IMG/VR virus record: IMGVR_UViG_3300032155_000022
Coordinates: 1-34,069 of that record
DNA length: 34,069 nucleotides
Strand: one strand, 5' to 3'
From: a virus
Taxonomy: Duplodnaviria > Caudoviricetes
The position numbers and the translations under genes were made by a program. Positions 16,091 through 25,913 of this stretch are shown one piece after another (position 1 is the stretch's first letter; each line of letters starts with the position of its first letter). Below the pieces are notes generated by a model. It saw nothing but the letters and a program-made list of their open reading frames with translations. It was not told the origin of the DNA and did no database searches.

Positions 16091-17134
16091 CTATGCTGGC
16101 GGTTCCGCTGGCTTTTCCCACCTCACCTGCAACCCCGGCTTGAGCACGGTATTCACGTCCTGCAACAGGGTGCGTACCGGCGCTATCTCGTTCTTCTCAT
16201 ACACGCGGTCGAACTTCTCAATATCGCCGAACCCTGCCGTGTTGGTGGGGATCACATTTGCCATGATGGGCGGCACCCGGTGCGCGGCAATCATATCATC
16301 GCGCGAAAGATTCTTTATGGCTTCCAGCTCATCCTTGCTGGAGAAGTCCCCCACGGGCAGAATCTGCACGGCCTTGGCATCGCCATTGGGAATATGCAGG
16401 TACATGTTGCGAAAGTTCCCCAGTCCCTTGGAGCCTTCTATGGCTGTGCGTATCTTCACCTGGTCGTCTTTTTCCAGATCTGCGCCGCTGGTATAGAACA
16501 CGTAGCCCATATGCGCCCCGTTCTTGTAGTAGCGGCGGCGGAAGAGGGTGGCGTCTTCATTCAGCAGCATGCTTTGAATGGCCCCCAGATAGCGCGGCTT
16601 GCCGTAAATGGACTGCGCCACGTCGTAATTCTTGAGGTGGAACACATCGCCTTCTTCGAATTCGTGGATCTGCCCGTTGGACAGGATAAGCCCGAAGCGG
16701 CCCGGCTCTTTGAGGCGGCGCATGTTGATGGCGGGCAGGTGGCTGCAGCGCACCACCTCGCCAAACCAGTTGCGGTGCAGCTGCAGATAGGCGTTGGCGA
16801 ACACGGAAAAATCTGTGGCGGCTGCGTCCATGGTCTGGCGGCTTACGGCGGCAGAGGGCAGAAAGCCGCGCATGACCATAAGGGTTTTGAACTCCAGCAG
16901 GGGGCCGTGGTAGGCATTGGCATACAGCAGCCGCGCCATGCCGGAAAGCGGCACGGGGGTCTGGTAGTATCTGCCGTTGTCTACCAGATACACGCCCAGC
17001 GAATCCATGTACTGGTGGCCGTCCAGCACCGGTTCCGGATCGCCGAAGCTGAAGGCCATGCTGCCGGAGCCTGTTGCGCCGGCCATGGCGCTGCCCGTGG
17101 GGGAAGGGTTTTTCCTGTGTCGCTTTTTGCCCAT
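16091..17134 (-). CDS. Portal protein (PBSX/P2 gpQ family)
   Basis: FSFGDPEPV, FRRRYYKNGAHMG, AAHRVPP, GFGDIEK motifs. Confidence 0.95.
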   Translation of the reverse strand: MGKKRHRKNPSPTGSAMAGATGSGSMAFSFGDPEPVLDGHQYMDSLGVYLVDNGRYYQTPVPLSGMARLLYANAYHGPLLEFKTLMVMRGFLPSAAVSRQTMDAAATDFSVFANAYLQLHRNWFGEVVRCSHLPAINMRRLKEPGRFGLILSNGQIHEFEEGDVFHLKNYDVAQSIYGKPRYLGAIQSMLLNEDATLFRRRYYKNGAHMGYVFYTSGADLEKDDQVKIRTAIEGSKGLGNFRNMYLHIPNGDAKAVQILPVGDFSSKDELEAIKNLSRDDMIAAHRVPPIMANVIPTNTAGFGDIEKFDRVYEKNEIAPVRTLLQDVNTVLKPGLQVRWEKPAEPPA

Positions 17135-17143
17135 GGTGTGCTC

Positions 17144-18931
17144 CTATCCTATGACCACGCAGCTGCCGCCGCGTGGCCGTGCTAACGGTTCGTATGATAC
17201 GCCGTGCAGAATGGCGAAGGCGGCATCTGCATGGCCTGTGGTTTCTGACCTGTTCGCCGCGTATGTCATGGCCCCGGAGGGGGTGGTGGTCTGGCGGATC
17301 ATCATGAAGGCGAGGGAAATTTCACGGTCTGCGGCATCCCACTGCAGGCGGCCGCTTTCCACCAGTTCGCGCCCCTTGAGCACCAGTTCCGTCTTGGTCT
17401 GCAGGCTGTAGTAGATGGCGGTGGCGCGCGGGTAGAAGACGCGCACGTTCTCAAACACGCCTATGCCGGGGCCGGTGGTATCTATGCCCATGAACTGCAC
17501 GTTGTAGCGTTCTGTAATCTCCTTGATGCGTGCCACCTGCCACAGGTAGCTCTTGCCCACCCACTTGAACCGCTCGAGCACGCGGAAGTCGCCGCCCGGT
17601 TTCTCCGGCGGGGCAAGGGCCACGAACGAGGCATCATCGCGCGAGCGGCTGGGGTCGTAGCCGCACCATACGGGCTTGTCGCCGAAGGGGCGGGGCGATG
17701 CGGGGTTGAAGTCGGCCCACTCGCTGGTGTCTGTGCCGCAGGCTTCCAGCTGGGGCATAAGGAACACGCCGTTGGTGTCGTCCACAAATTCGCACATGAA
17801 CAGGTTGCGGAATTCGTCCGGCCCGTATTCCAGCTTCAGCTCGTTCAGGTCGAACAGGTCGCAGCCGCCCGCCATGGCGTCGTGCAGGGTGATGATCTTG
17901 CGCCATGTGTTGTCCGGGCACAGGATGCCGCTCTGCATCTGGGTAAAGCCGGGGAACTCCTGCCGCCGTACCTTGTTGCGCTCGTTGAACCAGTCGCCCG
18001 CCCACAGGCCGTAACCGGGATGGGTGACGGCGCTGGGCGTGGAGAAGAGCGTGCGCCGCCATTTCTTGTGCGCGGCCATGCCCGTGGCTACCTTGAACAG
18101 CTCGCGGAATTTGATGATCCAGAAGAACTCATCAATGTATACGTGCCCGTGGTAGCTCTGGGCGCTCTTGCTGTTGTTGGAAAGGAAATAGAGGGTGGCC
18201 GGACCCTTGCCCGTGTGCAGGGTGATGGGGTTGCCCTTGAGCTCTACTTCGAACTTCTCCTGCGCGATGTTGATGATGTAGGTGCGGAACACCTCTGCCT
18301 GCGCGCGGGTGGCGGAAAGGAAAATCTGGTTGTCACCGGTGAGGCAGGCATCTTCAAAGGCTTCCTGCGCGAAATACCATGTGGCCCCTATCTGGCGGCT
18401 CTTGAGAATCTGGCGGTTGCGGTAGTGCTTGGCCTGCATCAGTTCGCGCTGATAGGCGTAGTAGTGCTGGTGCAGCTGTGCCTTGAAGTCATCTGCCGTG
18501 AGGTGCGACACATCATTTTTGGGAGGGCGGGCCTTGGCCTTGCCTTTGCTGCCTTTTTCCGGTGCGGCCTGCCCGGTGCTTTTGCGGGCGGGGTATGCGG
18601 CTGTCTGTTCCCGTTCTGCGGCCACGCCGCCCCGCATGGACTGTTCGCGCTCGCGCAGCCGCTGGAAGCGTTCCAGCGCTCCGGTAAGGCGGTCTATCTC
18701 CTGCAGATCCTGCTTGGTCTTGCCGTCGCGCTCTATGAGCAGCACAAGGCGGCGATGGGTGGCATCCTCTACGGATTCATGCAACAGCATGTCGGCCCAT
18801 CCGTCCGCCTCTGCCCAGTAATAAAGGGTGCGGCGCGGTATGCCGAGCGTGCGCGCTATCTCGCGTGTACTGTATCGTTTAAGGAATAGGCCGCGCGCGG
18901 CCTCCTTTACCTCTGCAGGATAGTGTGCCAT
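17144..18931 (-). CDS. Terminase ATPase subunit (P2 gpP family)
   Basis: N-terminal HTH, LKSRQIGATWYFA, YIDEFFW, GYDPSRSRD, GHADAAFA. Confidence 0.95.
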   Translation of the reverse strand: MAHYPAEVKEAARGLFLKRYSTREIARTLGIPRRTLYYWAEADGWADMLLHESVEDATHRRLVLLIERDGKTKQDLQEIDRLTGALERFQRLREREQSMRGGVAAEREQTAAYPARKSTGQAAPEKGSKGKAKARPPKNDVSHLTADDFKAQLHQHYYAYQRELMQAKHYRNRQILKSRQIGATWYFAQEAFEDACLTGDNQIFLSATRAQAEVFRTYIINIAQEKFEVELKGNPITLHTGKGPATLYFLSNNSKSAQSYHGHVYIDEFFWIIKFRELFKVATGMAAHKKWRRTLFSTPSAVTHPGYGLWAGDWFNERNKVRRQEFPGFTQMQSGILCPDNTWRKIITLHDAMAGGCDLFDLNELKLEYGPDEFRNLFMCEFVDDTNGVFLMPQLEACGTDTSEWADFNPASPRPFGDKPVWCGYDPSRSRDDASFVALAPPEKPGGDFRVLERFKWVGKSYLWQVARIKEITERYNVQFMGIDTTGPGIGVFENVRVFYPRATAIYYSLQTKTELVLKGRELVESGRLQWDAADREISLAFMMIRQTTTPSGAMTYAANRSETTGHADAAFAILHGVSYEPLARPRGGSCVVIG

Positions 18932-18975
18932 AGCGGAACACTACAACGATTCTGCATTGCAGCATGCCGTTTTGT

Positions 18976-18999
18976 TTCCGATACTGCATGGTATAGGAA
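18976..18999. promoter_or_regulatory. Imperfect IR in the divergent late promoter region, possible Ogr site
   Basis: TTCCGATAC-tgcatg-GTATAGGAA centred between terminase and scaffold starts. Confidence 0.35.
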
Positions 19000-19043
19000 C
19001 GGCTTTGCTTGTTATCTCTTCTTGCAGCCGCCATTCTTGCGGC

Positions 19044-19988
19044 ATGGCAAATCTTACCACAGGCTTTATCAAGGTGGCCCAGTCCGGCCCCACGTGCGAC
19101 GGGCGGAAGATTGAGGCACAGGAACTGCGCGAGATTGCGGAAACGTACAATCCCGCCACGTACACCGCTGTTATCTGGCCCGACCATGACCGCTTTTATG
19201 GCAACCACGGCACGGTTGCGGCTGTTGAAGTGCGCGAGAACGGCGACATAACCGAGCTGTGGGCGCAGCTGCAGCCGGGGTGGCGCTTCCTTGAAAAGAA
19301 CAGGGAAGGGCAGAAGCAGTTTTCCAGCATTGAGATTTGGGACAACTTTGCAGACAGCGGCAAGTGCTACCTCGCGGGCATCGCCATCACCGATTCCCCT
19401 GCCAGCCTGGGCACGGAACAGATCAAGCTGTTCAGTGCCCGGCGGGGTGAGGCTGTGAAGTCCCGCTTCTGCCCCGGTGGTATTGAGCTTCCCAACTTTT
19501 TCGCTTCCCCGAACACCCAGCCGCCCGCCGTGGATAGCGCGGGCAAGGCAGACCCCGAAACGGCACAAGCGCTGTCCTTTGTGCGTGGGCTTGGAAGGTT
19601 GTTCGGTTTCTACAAATCTGAACCCGACAGCGAGGAAACCATGGATAAACAGCAGTTCGATGCTTTGAACGAAAAGCTCGACGGCCTTTCCAAGCGGGTT
19701 GAGGCATTGAGCGCCAAGCCTGCTGGCGATGCTGCCGCACCCGGCGAGGCATCTGCCGATACCGCAACCGCACAGCAGCACCAGCAGCAGGCAGCACCCG
19801 CAGCCGATACCGCAAAGCCGGAAGCCTTTTCCGCTGCGGACCTGGGCACGCAGCTCAACAGCCTGACGGATACGGTGGGCAAGCTGGCAGACCAGTTCGG
19901 TGCCATGGCCAAGCGCATGGAAGGCGAGAAGGGCGGCTCCACGCAGTTTGAAACCTCCGGCCCCGCAGGCGATGCGGATATTCTGTAG
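19044..19988 (+). CDS. Capsid scaffolding protein (P2 gpO family)
   Basis: GPTCDGRKI, AETYNP, YLAGIAITDSPASLGT motifs. Confidence 0.93.
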   Translation: MANLTTGFIKVAQSGPTCDGRKIEAQELREIAETYNPATYTAVIWPDHDRFYGNHGTVAAVEVRENGDITELWAQLQPGWRFLEKNREGQKQFSSIEIWDNFADSGKCYLAGIAITDSPASLGTEQIKLFSARRGEAVKSRFCPGGIELPNFFASPNTQPPAVDSAGKADPETAQALSFVRGLGRLFGFYKSEPDSEETMDKQQFDALNEKLDGLSKRVEALSAKPAGDAAAPGEASADTATAQQHQQQAAPAADTAKPEAFSAADLGTQLNSLTDTVGKLADQFGAMAKRMEGEKGGSTQFETSGPAGDADIL

Positions 19989-20000
19989 GAACATGACCAC

Positions 20001-21026
20001 ATGAACGCAAACGCACTCAAACGCTTTGAAACGCTGAAGGGGCTGCTGGGCAAGGCCTACGGCATTGCGGACGTCTCCCGCCAGTTTGCTGTTGAGCCCA
20101 GTGTGGAGCAGCGCCTGCAGGACAAGATTGTCGCCAACAGCGACTTTTTACAGCGGATTAACGTGGTGCCCGTGACCGAGCTGAAGGGGCAGAACATTTA
20201 CGGCAGCGCTTCCGGCCCTGTTACAGGCCGCACGGACACCTCCGTGGACGGCAAGGAACGCAAGACCCGCGATGTGCTGGGCCTGACTCCGGCAGGGTAT
20301 GAGCTGTTCCAGACCAATTCGGACGTGCACATTACCTACGCCACCGTGGATGCGTGGGCGAAATTTCCCGATCTGGCCCAGCGCTACACCGCCTATGTGC
20401 AGCGCCGCATTGCCACCGACCGGGAACTTATAGGCTGGTACGGCGTGTCCGCAGCGCCTGACACCGACCTGGCTAACTACCCGCTCATGCAGGACGTGAA
20501 CAAGGGCTGGATGCAGTACATGCGTGACAACATGCCTGCCAACGTGCTGGCCGAAGGCGGCACTGCAGGCGAGGTGCGCATAGGCGCGGGCGGCGACTAC
20601 GCCAACCTTGACTTGGTGGTGTTTGACCTGCTGCAGGGCATTCCCGCGTACATGCGCGATGGCCTTGTGGCGCTGGTGGGCACCGACCTTATCGCGCAGG
20701 AGAGCGCGGCCCTGTATGCCGCCGTTGCGGGCAAGCCCACGGAAAAGAACGCCATGAACGCGGCCATGGCCCGGCTTGGCGGTCTGGTGTGGGACAGCCC
20801 CTACAACTTCCCTGCGCGTGGGCTTGTCATCACCAGCTACGACAACCTTTCCATTTACTACCAGGAAGGGTCGTGGCGTCGGCAGATCAAAGAAGAGCCC
20901 AAGAAAAACCGCGTGGAAGACTACAACAGCCGCAACGAGGGCTATGTGGTGGAAACCCCGGAAAAGCTCACGGCGCTGGAGTTTGAGAATGTCAAACTGC
21001 CGGATGGCTCCGGCGGGTGGGCATAA
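20001..21026 (+). CDS. Major capsid protein (P2 gpN family)
   Basis: FAVEPSVEQRL, GRTDT, LMQDVNKGW, NLSIYYQ, SRNEGYVVE. Confidence 0.95.
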   Translation: MNANALKRFETLKGLLGKAYGIADVSRQFAVEPSVEQRLQDKIVANSDFLQRINVVPVTELKGQNIYGSASGPVTGRTDTSVDGKERKTRDVLGLTPAGYELFQTNSDVHITYATVDAWAKFPDLAQRYTAYVQRRIATDRELIGWYGVSAAPDTDLANYPLMQDVNKGWMQYMRDNMPANVLAEGGTAGEVRIGAGGDYANLDLVVFDLLQGIPAYMRDGLVALVGTDLIAQESAALYAAVAGKPTEKNAMNAAMARLGGLVWDSPYNFPARGLVITSYDNLSIYYQEGSWRRQIKEEPKKNRVEDYNSRNEGYVVETPEKLTALEFENVKLPDGSGGWA

Positions 21027-21112
21027 CCGGCATCCTTCCTTTCCTGTGCGCAGGGCGGCTCACCGTTACGGGGGCCGCTCTCGCGCAAGGCGGAAGCGCA
21101 AGAGGATTATCA

Positions 21113-21802
21113 ATGAGCCTTATGAGACGACACCAGCAGGCAGTCCGGGCCGGAACCGTACCGGCACGGGAAGAATCGCCGCCCACTGCCATTATTGGCA
21201 TGGTGCCCACCGGGTTCATGGCTGCGCGCAAGCTGGGCGGGAACATCAGCACCGCCCTGCAGGCAGACCTGCAGCGTCTTTCCGCGTTCAAGTCCGTGGA
21301 GCGCAAGCAGGAGCTGAAACGCGATGAGCTGTTGCCCAAGTATGCCCCCTATGTGCAGCGCCTGCAGGCGGAATGCCAGCGGCATGAACTGCTGGGCTGG
21401 TATCTGGTCTGGCTGTTCGATGCCGGGGAGATCGAGCGCGGACTGGAATACGCCCCGTGGTGTATCGCCAACGGCGTGACCCTGCCGGAGAAGTTCCGGC
21501 GTGATGTGCCCACCTACGTCGCAGATGCCGTTGCCGACTGGGCAGAGCCGCTCATTGCCGCAGGGCAGAGCGTGGAGCCGTATCTTACGCAGTTTGTGCA
21601 TATGGCTGACGGCATGTGCGGGCAGTGGGATATCCCGGACGTCCTTTCCGCCCGTCTGGTCAAGGCGCATGCCGATGCCCATGCCAATGCGGAGCGCTGG
21701 GAGCAGGCTGTGGAAGCCTACGAGATAGCGCTGGAGCTTGGCGCAAAGGTAAAAACCGTGCTGGACAAGGCCCGCAAGCAGTTGGGCAAGGCCGCACTGT
21801 AG
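21113..21802 (+). CDS. Terminase small/endonuclease subunit (P2 gpM family)
   Basis: KQELKRDELLPKY, VWLFDAG, LPEKFRRD; position after capsid; SD GAGGA. Confidence 0.88.
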   Translation: MSLMRRHQQAVRAGTVPAREESPPTAIIGMVPTGFMAARKLGGNISTALQADLQRLSAFKSVERKQELKRDELLPKYAPYVQRLQAECQRHELLGWYLVWLFDAGEIERGLEYAPWCIANGVTLPEKFRRDVPTYVADAVADWAEPLIAAGQSVEPYLTQFVHMADGMCGQWDIPDVLSARLVKAHADAHANAERWEQAVEAYEIALELGAKVKTVLDKARKQLGKAAL

Positions 21803-21934
21803 ATACTCACCCCCCCCGGACCGGCCCGCCGCAAACGCCCGCACAGCCCCGGCTACGGCCATAGCGGCATGAACAGGCCAGTTGACGGCGAGGCCGGTCC
21901 CCAAATTTTTCAGACGGCACCATGAGGCGGCACC

Positions 21935-22417
21935 ATGAGCTTTTCCGGATTCAAAGACGAATCTGCACACCAGAGCATACAGAACGACGGGTTTTTCCCG
22001 GATCTGTCCACGCAGACGCTGGTGGAGGCGTACCGGGTGCCAGCCAGCTTTGCAGTGGCCACGCTGGTAGTGCAGCTGCGCCTGGCCATGGCGTGGGCGA
22101 ACCGTCAGCTGGCGGCATGGAAAGAAGCGCAGTGGCAGGCCGGACACGCCACGCTTGCGGATGTGCCTGCCGACCGGCTGGGCGATGCCTCTGTGCTGGA
22201 CGTGTACTACCGCGCTGCCGTGTTCAACGAATGCCGGGCGCTGCTGGTGCAGGAAAGCCGTGTGCTGGTGCAGGAAGGGGGCCTGCTTGTCCGCCGGAAC
22301 AGTACGGCCAATGCTCCCACCGAGAGTGAATCGACAGAGGCGGCGTACCACGAACAGGCCGTTAAGGCACTGTCTGACATGCTGGGAATCGGGCGCGTGC
22401 ATGTGGGGCTGGTCTGA
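21935..22417 (+). CDS. Head completion/stabilisation protein (P2 gpL family)
   Basis: IQNDGFFPDL, YYRAAVF, C-terminal VGLV. Confidence 0.88.
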   Translation: MSFSGFKDESAHQSIQNDGFFPDLSTQTLVEAYRVPASFAVATLVVQLRLAMAWANRQLAAWKEAQWQAGHATLADVPADRLGDASVLDVYYRAAVFNECRALLVQESRVLVQEGGLLVRRNSTANAPTESESTEAAYHEQAVKALSDMLGIGRVHVGLV

Positions 22418-22887
22418 TGCGCAAGCTGCAGGCGTTGACCATGTTCCTCATTCAGGCCACCGGGCTGCCCCGTTCTGTGTTCAACGCCTATGTGGACAGC
22501 GGCGACCTTATTCCCACCGGGAAGGAGATGGGGAACGGCTTTGAGGTGGCGCGGTTCAGGTATGAGGCATCCATTGATGTGTACCAGTACCCCGGCGACG
22601 GGCACCACCTGCTGGCACTGGTGATGGCGTGGCTTGTGGAGAGGGATACGGACAGGGAACAGCAGGGGCTGCCGGACCCGAAGCTGGTTGTGGCCATGCT
22701 GGACGCTGACAGCGCGGACGTGGAGATAGCCGTTTCGTTTGAGGAGCCTATAGAGCTGGTGGCGGACCCGGCAGGACGCATTCCCTATGCCGGGAAGAAG
22801 TGGAGCGTGACCGACGTGCCTGTGGATGTGGCCGATGCGGTACAGGGCATGGACGGGCAGGCCGTGGAGGGTGGGCACAATGGCTGA
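22417..22887 (+). CDS. Tail completion protein (P2 gpR-like)
   Basis: MRKLQALT, LVMAWL, ADVEIAVSFEE; synteny. Confidence 0.8.
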   Translation: MRKLQALTMFLIQATGLPRSVFNAYVDSGDLIPTGKEMGNGFEVARFRYEASIDVYQYPGDGHHLLALVMAWLVERDTDREQQGLPDPKLVVAMLDADSADVEIAVSFEEPIELVADPAGRIPYAGKKWSVTDVPVDVADAVQGMDGQAVEGGHNG

Positions 22888-23623
22888 TGCGCTGTTGCTG
22901 GGGGTAGACCGGGAAGGTCTGGCGCGCCTGCGGCGGCAGCTGGAGGTGCTGGCCCTTTCTCCGGAGGCAAAGAAGCGGCTGGTGCGGGAAATGGCCATGG
23001 AGGTGCGCCGTCAATCACGCCGGAATATCAAGCAGCAGCGCTGCGTGGACGGCACCCCGATGGCTCCGCGCAAGATTTACAAGCGCAACCGGCACGGGAG
23101 GCTGGAACGGCGCAAGGATGGCCGTGCCGACATGAAGATGCTGGTGGGGCTGGGGCGGCTGATGAGTATTGAGGCCTCACGCGTGGGGCGCGGGCAGGTA
23201 TCGTGGAAGAGCACCTACACTGCCAAGATTGCCGACAAGCACCAGCACGGCAAGGAAGAGCAGTACAGCACGCGCCGTAACCGGGTGAGCAGCAACGGAG
23301 CGGACTTTTATAACCCCAAGGCGCGGGTGGAGCGCTGGCTGGCCAAGGAGCTGCTGCGGCTGGGCTATCGCAAGGAAGTGAAGCTGAAAAGCGGCAGGGT
23401 GCGGCTGCAGCGTGTTTCGCAAAGCTGGATTGTGCAGAACATGACGCGCGGCGAGGCCATGGTCATATGGCAGCAGCTGAGCGGGTATGAGGCTCCGGAT
23501 TCATGGGCAGTGGGCGTGCCGGAGCGACCGTTCCTGGGTGTGAATGCGCGGCAGTCCGGCGAGATGCTGGAAGAGCTGGCGCAGATAGCGCTGAACAGGC
23601 TGCGCAGGAAAGGCAAGATCTAG
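22880..23623 (+). CDS. Virion morphogenesis protein (P2 gpS-like)
   Basis: QQRCVDGTPMAPRK, HQHG, PERPFLG. Confidence 0.85.
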   Translation: MADALLLGVDREGLARLRRQLEVLALSPEAKKRLVREMAMEVRRQSRRNIKQQRCVDGTPMAPRKIYKRNRHGRLERRKDGRADMKMLVGLGRLMSIEASRVGRGQVSWKSTYTAKIADKHQHGKEEQYSTRRNRVSSNGADFYNPKARVERWLAKELLRLGYRKEVKLKSGRVRLQRVSQSWIVQNMTRGEAMVIWQQLSGYEAPDSWAVGVPERPFLGVNARQSGEMLEELAQIALNRLRRKGKI

Positions 23624-23641
23624 GATCAAAGGAGAACGACT

Positions 23642-24772
23642 ATGGCACTGGGTATTGTACAGGTGAACAAGCTCAACCTCATGCAGGGCGAGTTTGACGA
23701 GGTGGAGAACTATTTCCTCTTTGTCGGACGGGGCACCGGCGTGAACGAGGGCAAGCTGCTTGCCCTGAATAACGATTCCGATCTGGATACGCTGCTGGGT
23801 GAAACTCCCAGCGTGCTTAAGACCCAGATTGAGCACGCCCGCACCAACGCCGGGCAGAACTGGAACGCCTGCGTCATTCCGCTGGACGGCGTGATGACGT
23901 GGGATGAGGCCGTGGACTACGCCATGACCCAACTGACAGTGGAAGCGGTGATAGTGACCGACCCTGTTGCTGTGGCCGCAGACGTGGAAGCCATGCAGGC
24001 CAAGGTGGTGAACATTATGGGGCAGTATATGCGCCCCATCTGGTTTATGGGCACCACCAGGGCGCTTGATCCGGATACGGACTCCGGCGAGGCATGGTCT
24101 GACTTTACAGCCGCCATCAAGCCGCTGATTGCCGCTGTTGCCGCAGACTCCGTGATGATTGTTCCCACCTTGTGGGGGTTTGACCAGGGCACGTTGGCGG
24201 GGCGGCTGGCCAACAAGAGCGTGACCATTGCGGATACGCCCATGCGTGTGGCCACCGGTGCGTTGCTGGGGGCGTGGACCACCAAACCCAAGGACAATAC
24301 CGGGCGCGTGATCGACATGGCCATTCTGAAGGAGCTGGCCGATGCCCGTTTCAGCGTGCCGCAGTGGTACCCGGATTATCCCGGCATGTACTGGGGCGAC
24401 GGTGCGTTGCTGGATGTGGAGGGCGGCGACTTTCGGGTGGTGGAGAATCTGCGCGTGGTTCAGAAGGCCATGCGGCGAGTGTACCCGCTGGCCGTTTACC
24501 GCGTGGGCGACCGGAAGCTGAACAGCACGCCCGCATCCATTGCCATGAACCAGACGTATTTTATGCGCCCCCTGCGCGAGATGAGCCGCAGCGTGCAGAT
24601 TATGGGCATTACCTTCCCCGGCGAAGTGAAGCCCCCGCAGGATGGCGACATTGTCATCAGCTGGCCCATGCGTACCAAGGTGGAGATCTACATGGTGGTG
24701 CGCCCCTACAATTGTCCCAAGTCCATCACGTGCAACGTGATGCTGGATCTTACCAATTACGCGGAGGCGTAA
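23642..24772 (+). CDS. Tail sheath protein (HP1-type, DUF2586-like)
   Basis: VQVNKLNLMQG, ADTPMRVATG, RFSVPQWYPDYPG, PYNCPKSIT. Confidence 0.9.
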   Translation: MALGIVQVNKLNLMQGEFDEVENYFLFVGRGTGVNEGKLLALNNDSDLDTLLGETPSVLKTQIEHARTNAGQNWNACVIPLDGVMTWDEAVDYAMTQLTVEAVIVTDPVAVAADVEAMQAKVVNIMGQYMRPIWFMGTTRALDPDTDSGEAWSDFTAAIKPLIAAVAADSVMIVPTLWGFDQGTLAGRLANKSVTIADTPMRVATGALLGAWTTKPKDNTGRVIDMAILKELADARFSVPQWYPDYPGMYWGDGALLDVEGGDFRVVENLRVVQKAMRRVYPLAVYRVGDRKLNSTPASIAMNQTYFMRPLREMSRSVQIMGITFPGEVKPPQDGDIVISWPMRTKVEIYMVVRPYNCPKSITCNVMLDLTNYAEA

Positions 24773-24775
24773 GCC

Positions 24776-25222
24776 ATGAGCAGAATCAGCGGAAAGTGCT
24801 TTGACTTCCAGCTGGGCGACCTTGTCATCCACGCGGAGAAGTTCACCTGCGACATAGAGGACGGCAGCGAGGTGGCCAAGACCAAGGGCGTGCCCGTGGG
24901 CAGGCTTGCCGGCCCTGTTGGCGCAGGCGGCGAGATTGAAGTGGATTCCACCAACCTTAAGCTGGTGATTGAGGCGGCGCGCAGTGCGGGCAGCTTCCGC
25001 GAGCTGGGCACCTTTGACATCGTGGCCTACGCCAAGGCCGGTGACGAGGAGAAGCGGGTGGAAATATTCGGCTGCGCGCTCAAGGTCTCCAAGCTGCTGG
25101 ATGTGGATTCCAACAGCGCCACCAAGGATCTGACCACCCTGCCGTACGAAGTGACCAGCCCCGACTTTGTCCGCATTAACGGCGTGCCGTACCTCAGCGC
25201 GGACGAAACCGAAGGCCTGTAG
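24776..25222 (+). CDS. Tail tube protein (HP1-type, DUF2597-like)
   Basis: MSRISGK, VTSPDFVRINGVPYL. Confidence 0.9.
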   Translation: MSRISGKCFDFQLGDLVIHAEKFTCDIEDGSEVAKTKGVPVGRLAGPVGAGGEIEVDSTNLKLVIEAARSAGSFRELGTFDIVAYAKAGDEEKRVEIFGCALKVSKLLDVDSNSATKDLTTLPYEVTSPDFVRINGVPYLSADETEGL

Positions 25223-25224
25223 GC

Positions 25225-25428
25225 GTGGATCTCTTTGACAGGGCGCAGGAGTGCGAGGCGCTGTTCCGGCAGGATGCCATTGATCACGCCACGCGCAGGC
25301 AATTGAAGGGGCCGGGCCGTGAAACGTGCATTGACTGCGGCAGCCCCATTCCCGAAGCGCGGCGCTGCGCCGTGCCGGGGGTGGAGCGTTGCATAGCCTG
25401 CCAAACCGAACTGGAGGACGGCATATGA
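25225..25428 (+). CDS. TraR/DksA C4-type zinc-finger protein
   Basis: DLFDRAQE, CIDCG.PIPEARR..VPG..RCIACQ. Confidence 0.9.
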   Translation: MDLFDRAQECEALFRQDAIDHATRRQLKGPGRETCIDCGSPIPEARRCAVPGVERCIACQTELEDGI

Positions 25429-25913
25429 TTCTTCTGTCTCCCAACTTCACGCTGGACGAGTTTACCCGGTCCCAGACCGCTGAGCGCATGGGCAAGCCTG
25501 TTGTGGTTGAGCTGGATTCCCCCGTGTTCATTAACCTGCAGTACCTGTGCATGACGCTGCTGCAGCCTATCCGGACGGCGCTGGGTGCGGTTGTCATTTC
25601 CAGCGGGTTCCGCCCTGACTGGCTTAACCGCATGGTGGGCGGCTCTCCCGGATCGGATCACCTTACCGGGCTGGCGGCAGATATTATTGTGCCCGGCCGG
25701 ACGCCCATGGAAGTGGCACAGGCCATCAACGGCATGAACCTTGGCTACAAGCAGCTCATCAACGAGTTCGGGCGCTGGGTGCACATTTCGTCGCCCGGTC
25801 CCGGCGTTGCGCCGCGCCGCCAGAACTTGACCATATGGAATGACGGAAGGGGAACCAGAACCACCGAAGGGCTGCACGCGGTTGCGGACCTGCAGGCGAG
25901 GGTAACAGCATGA
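25425..25913 (+). CDS. Endolysin, peptidase M15A (D-Ala-D-Ala carboxypeptidase-like)
   Basis: LSPNFTLDEF, SSGFR, SDHLTGLAADI, WVHIS zinc motifs. Confidence 0.88.
   Translation: MILLSPNFTLDEFTRSQTAERMGKPVVVELDSPVFINLQYLCMTLLQPIRTALGAVVISSGFRPDWLNRMVGGSPGSDHLTGLAADIIVPGRTPMEVAQAINGMNLGYKQLINEFGRWVHISSPGPGVAPRRQNLTIWNDGRGTRTTEGLHAVADLQARVTA

Noticed and set aside
23501-25633. 710-aa minus-strand ORF
   Set aside because: Antisense shadow of the GC-rich sheath/tube genes.
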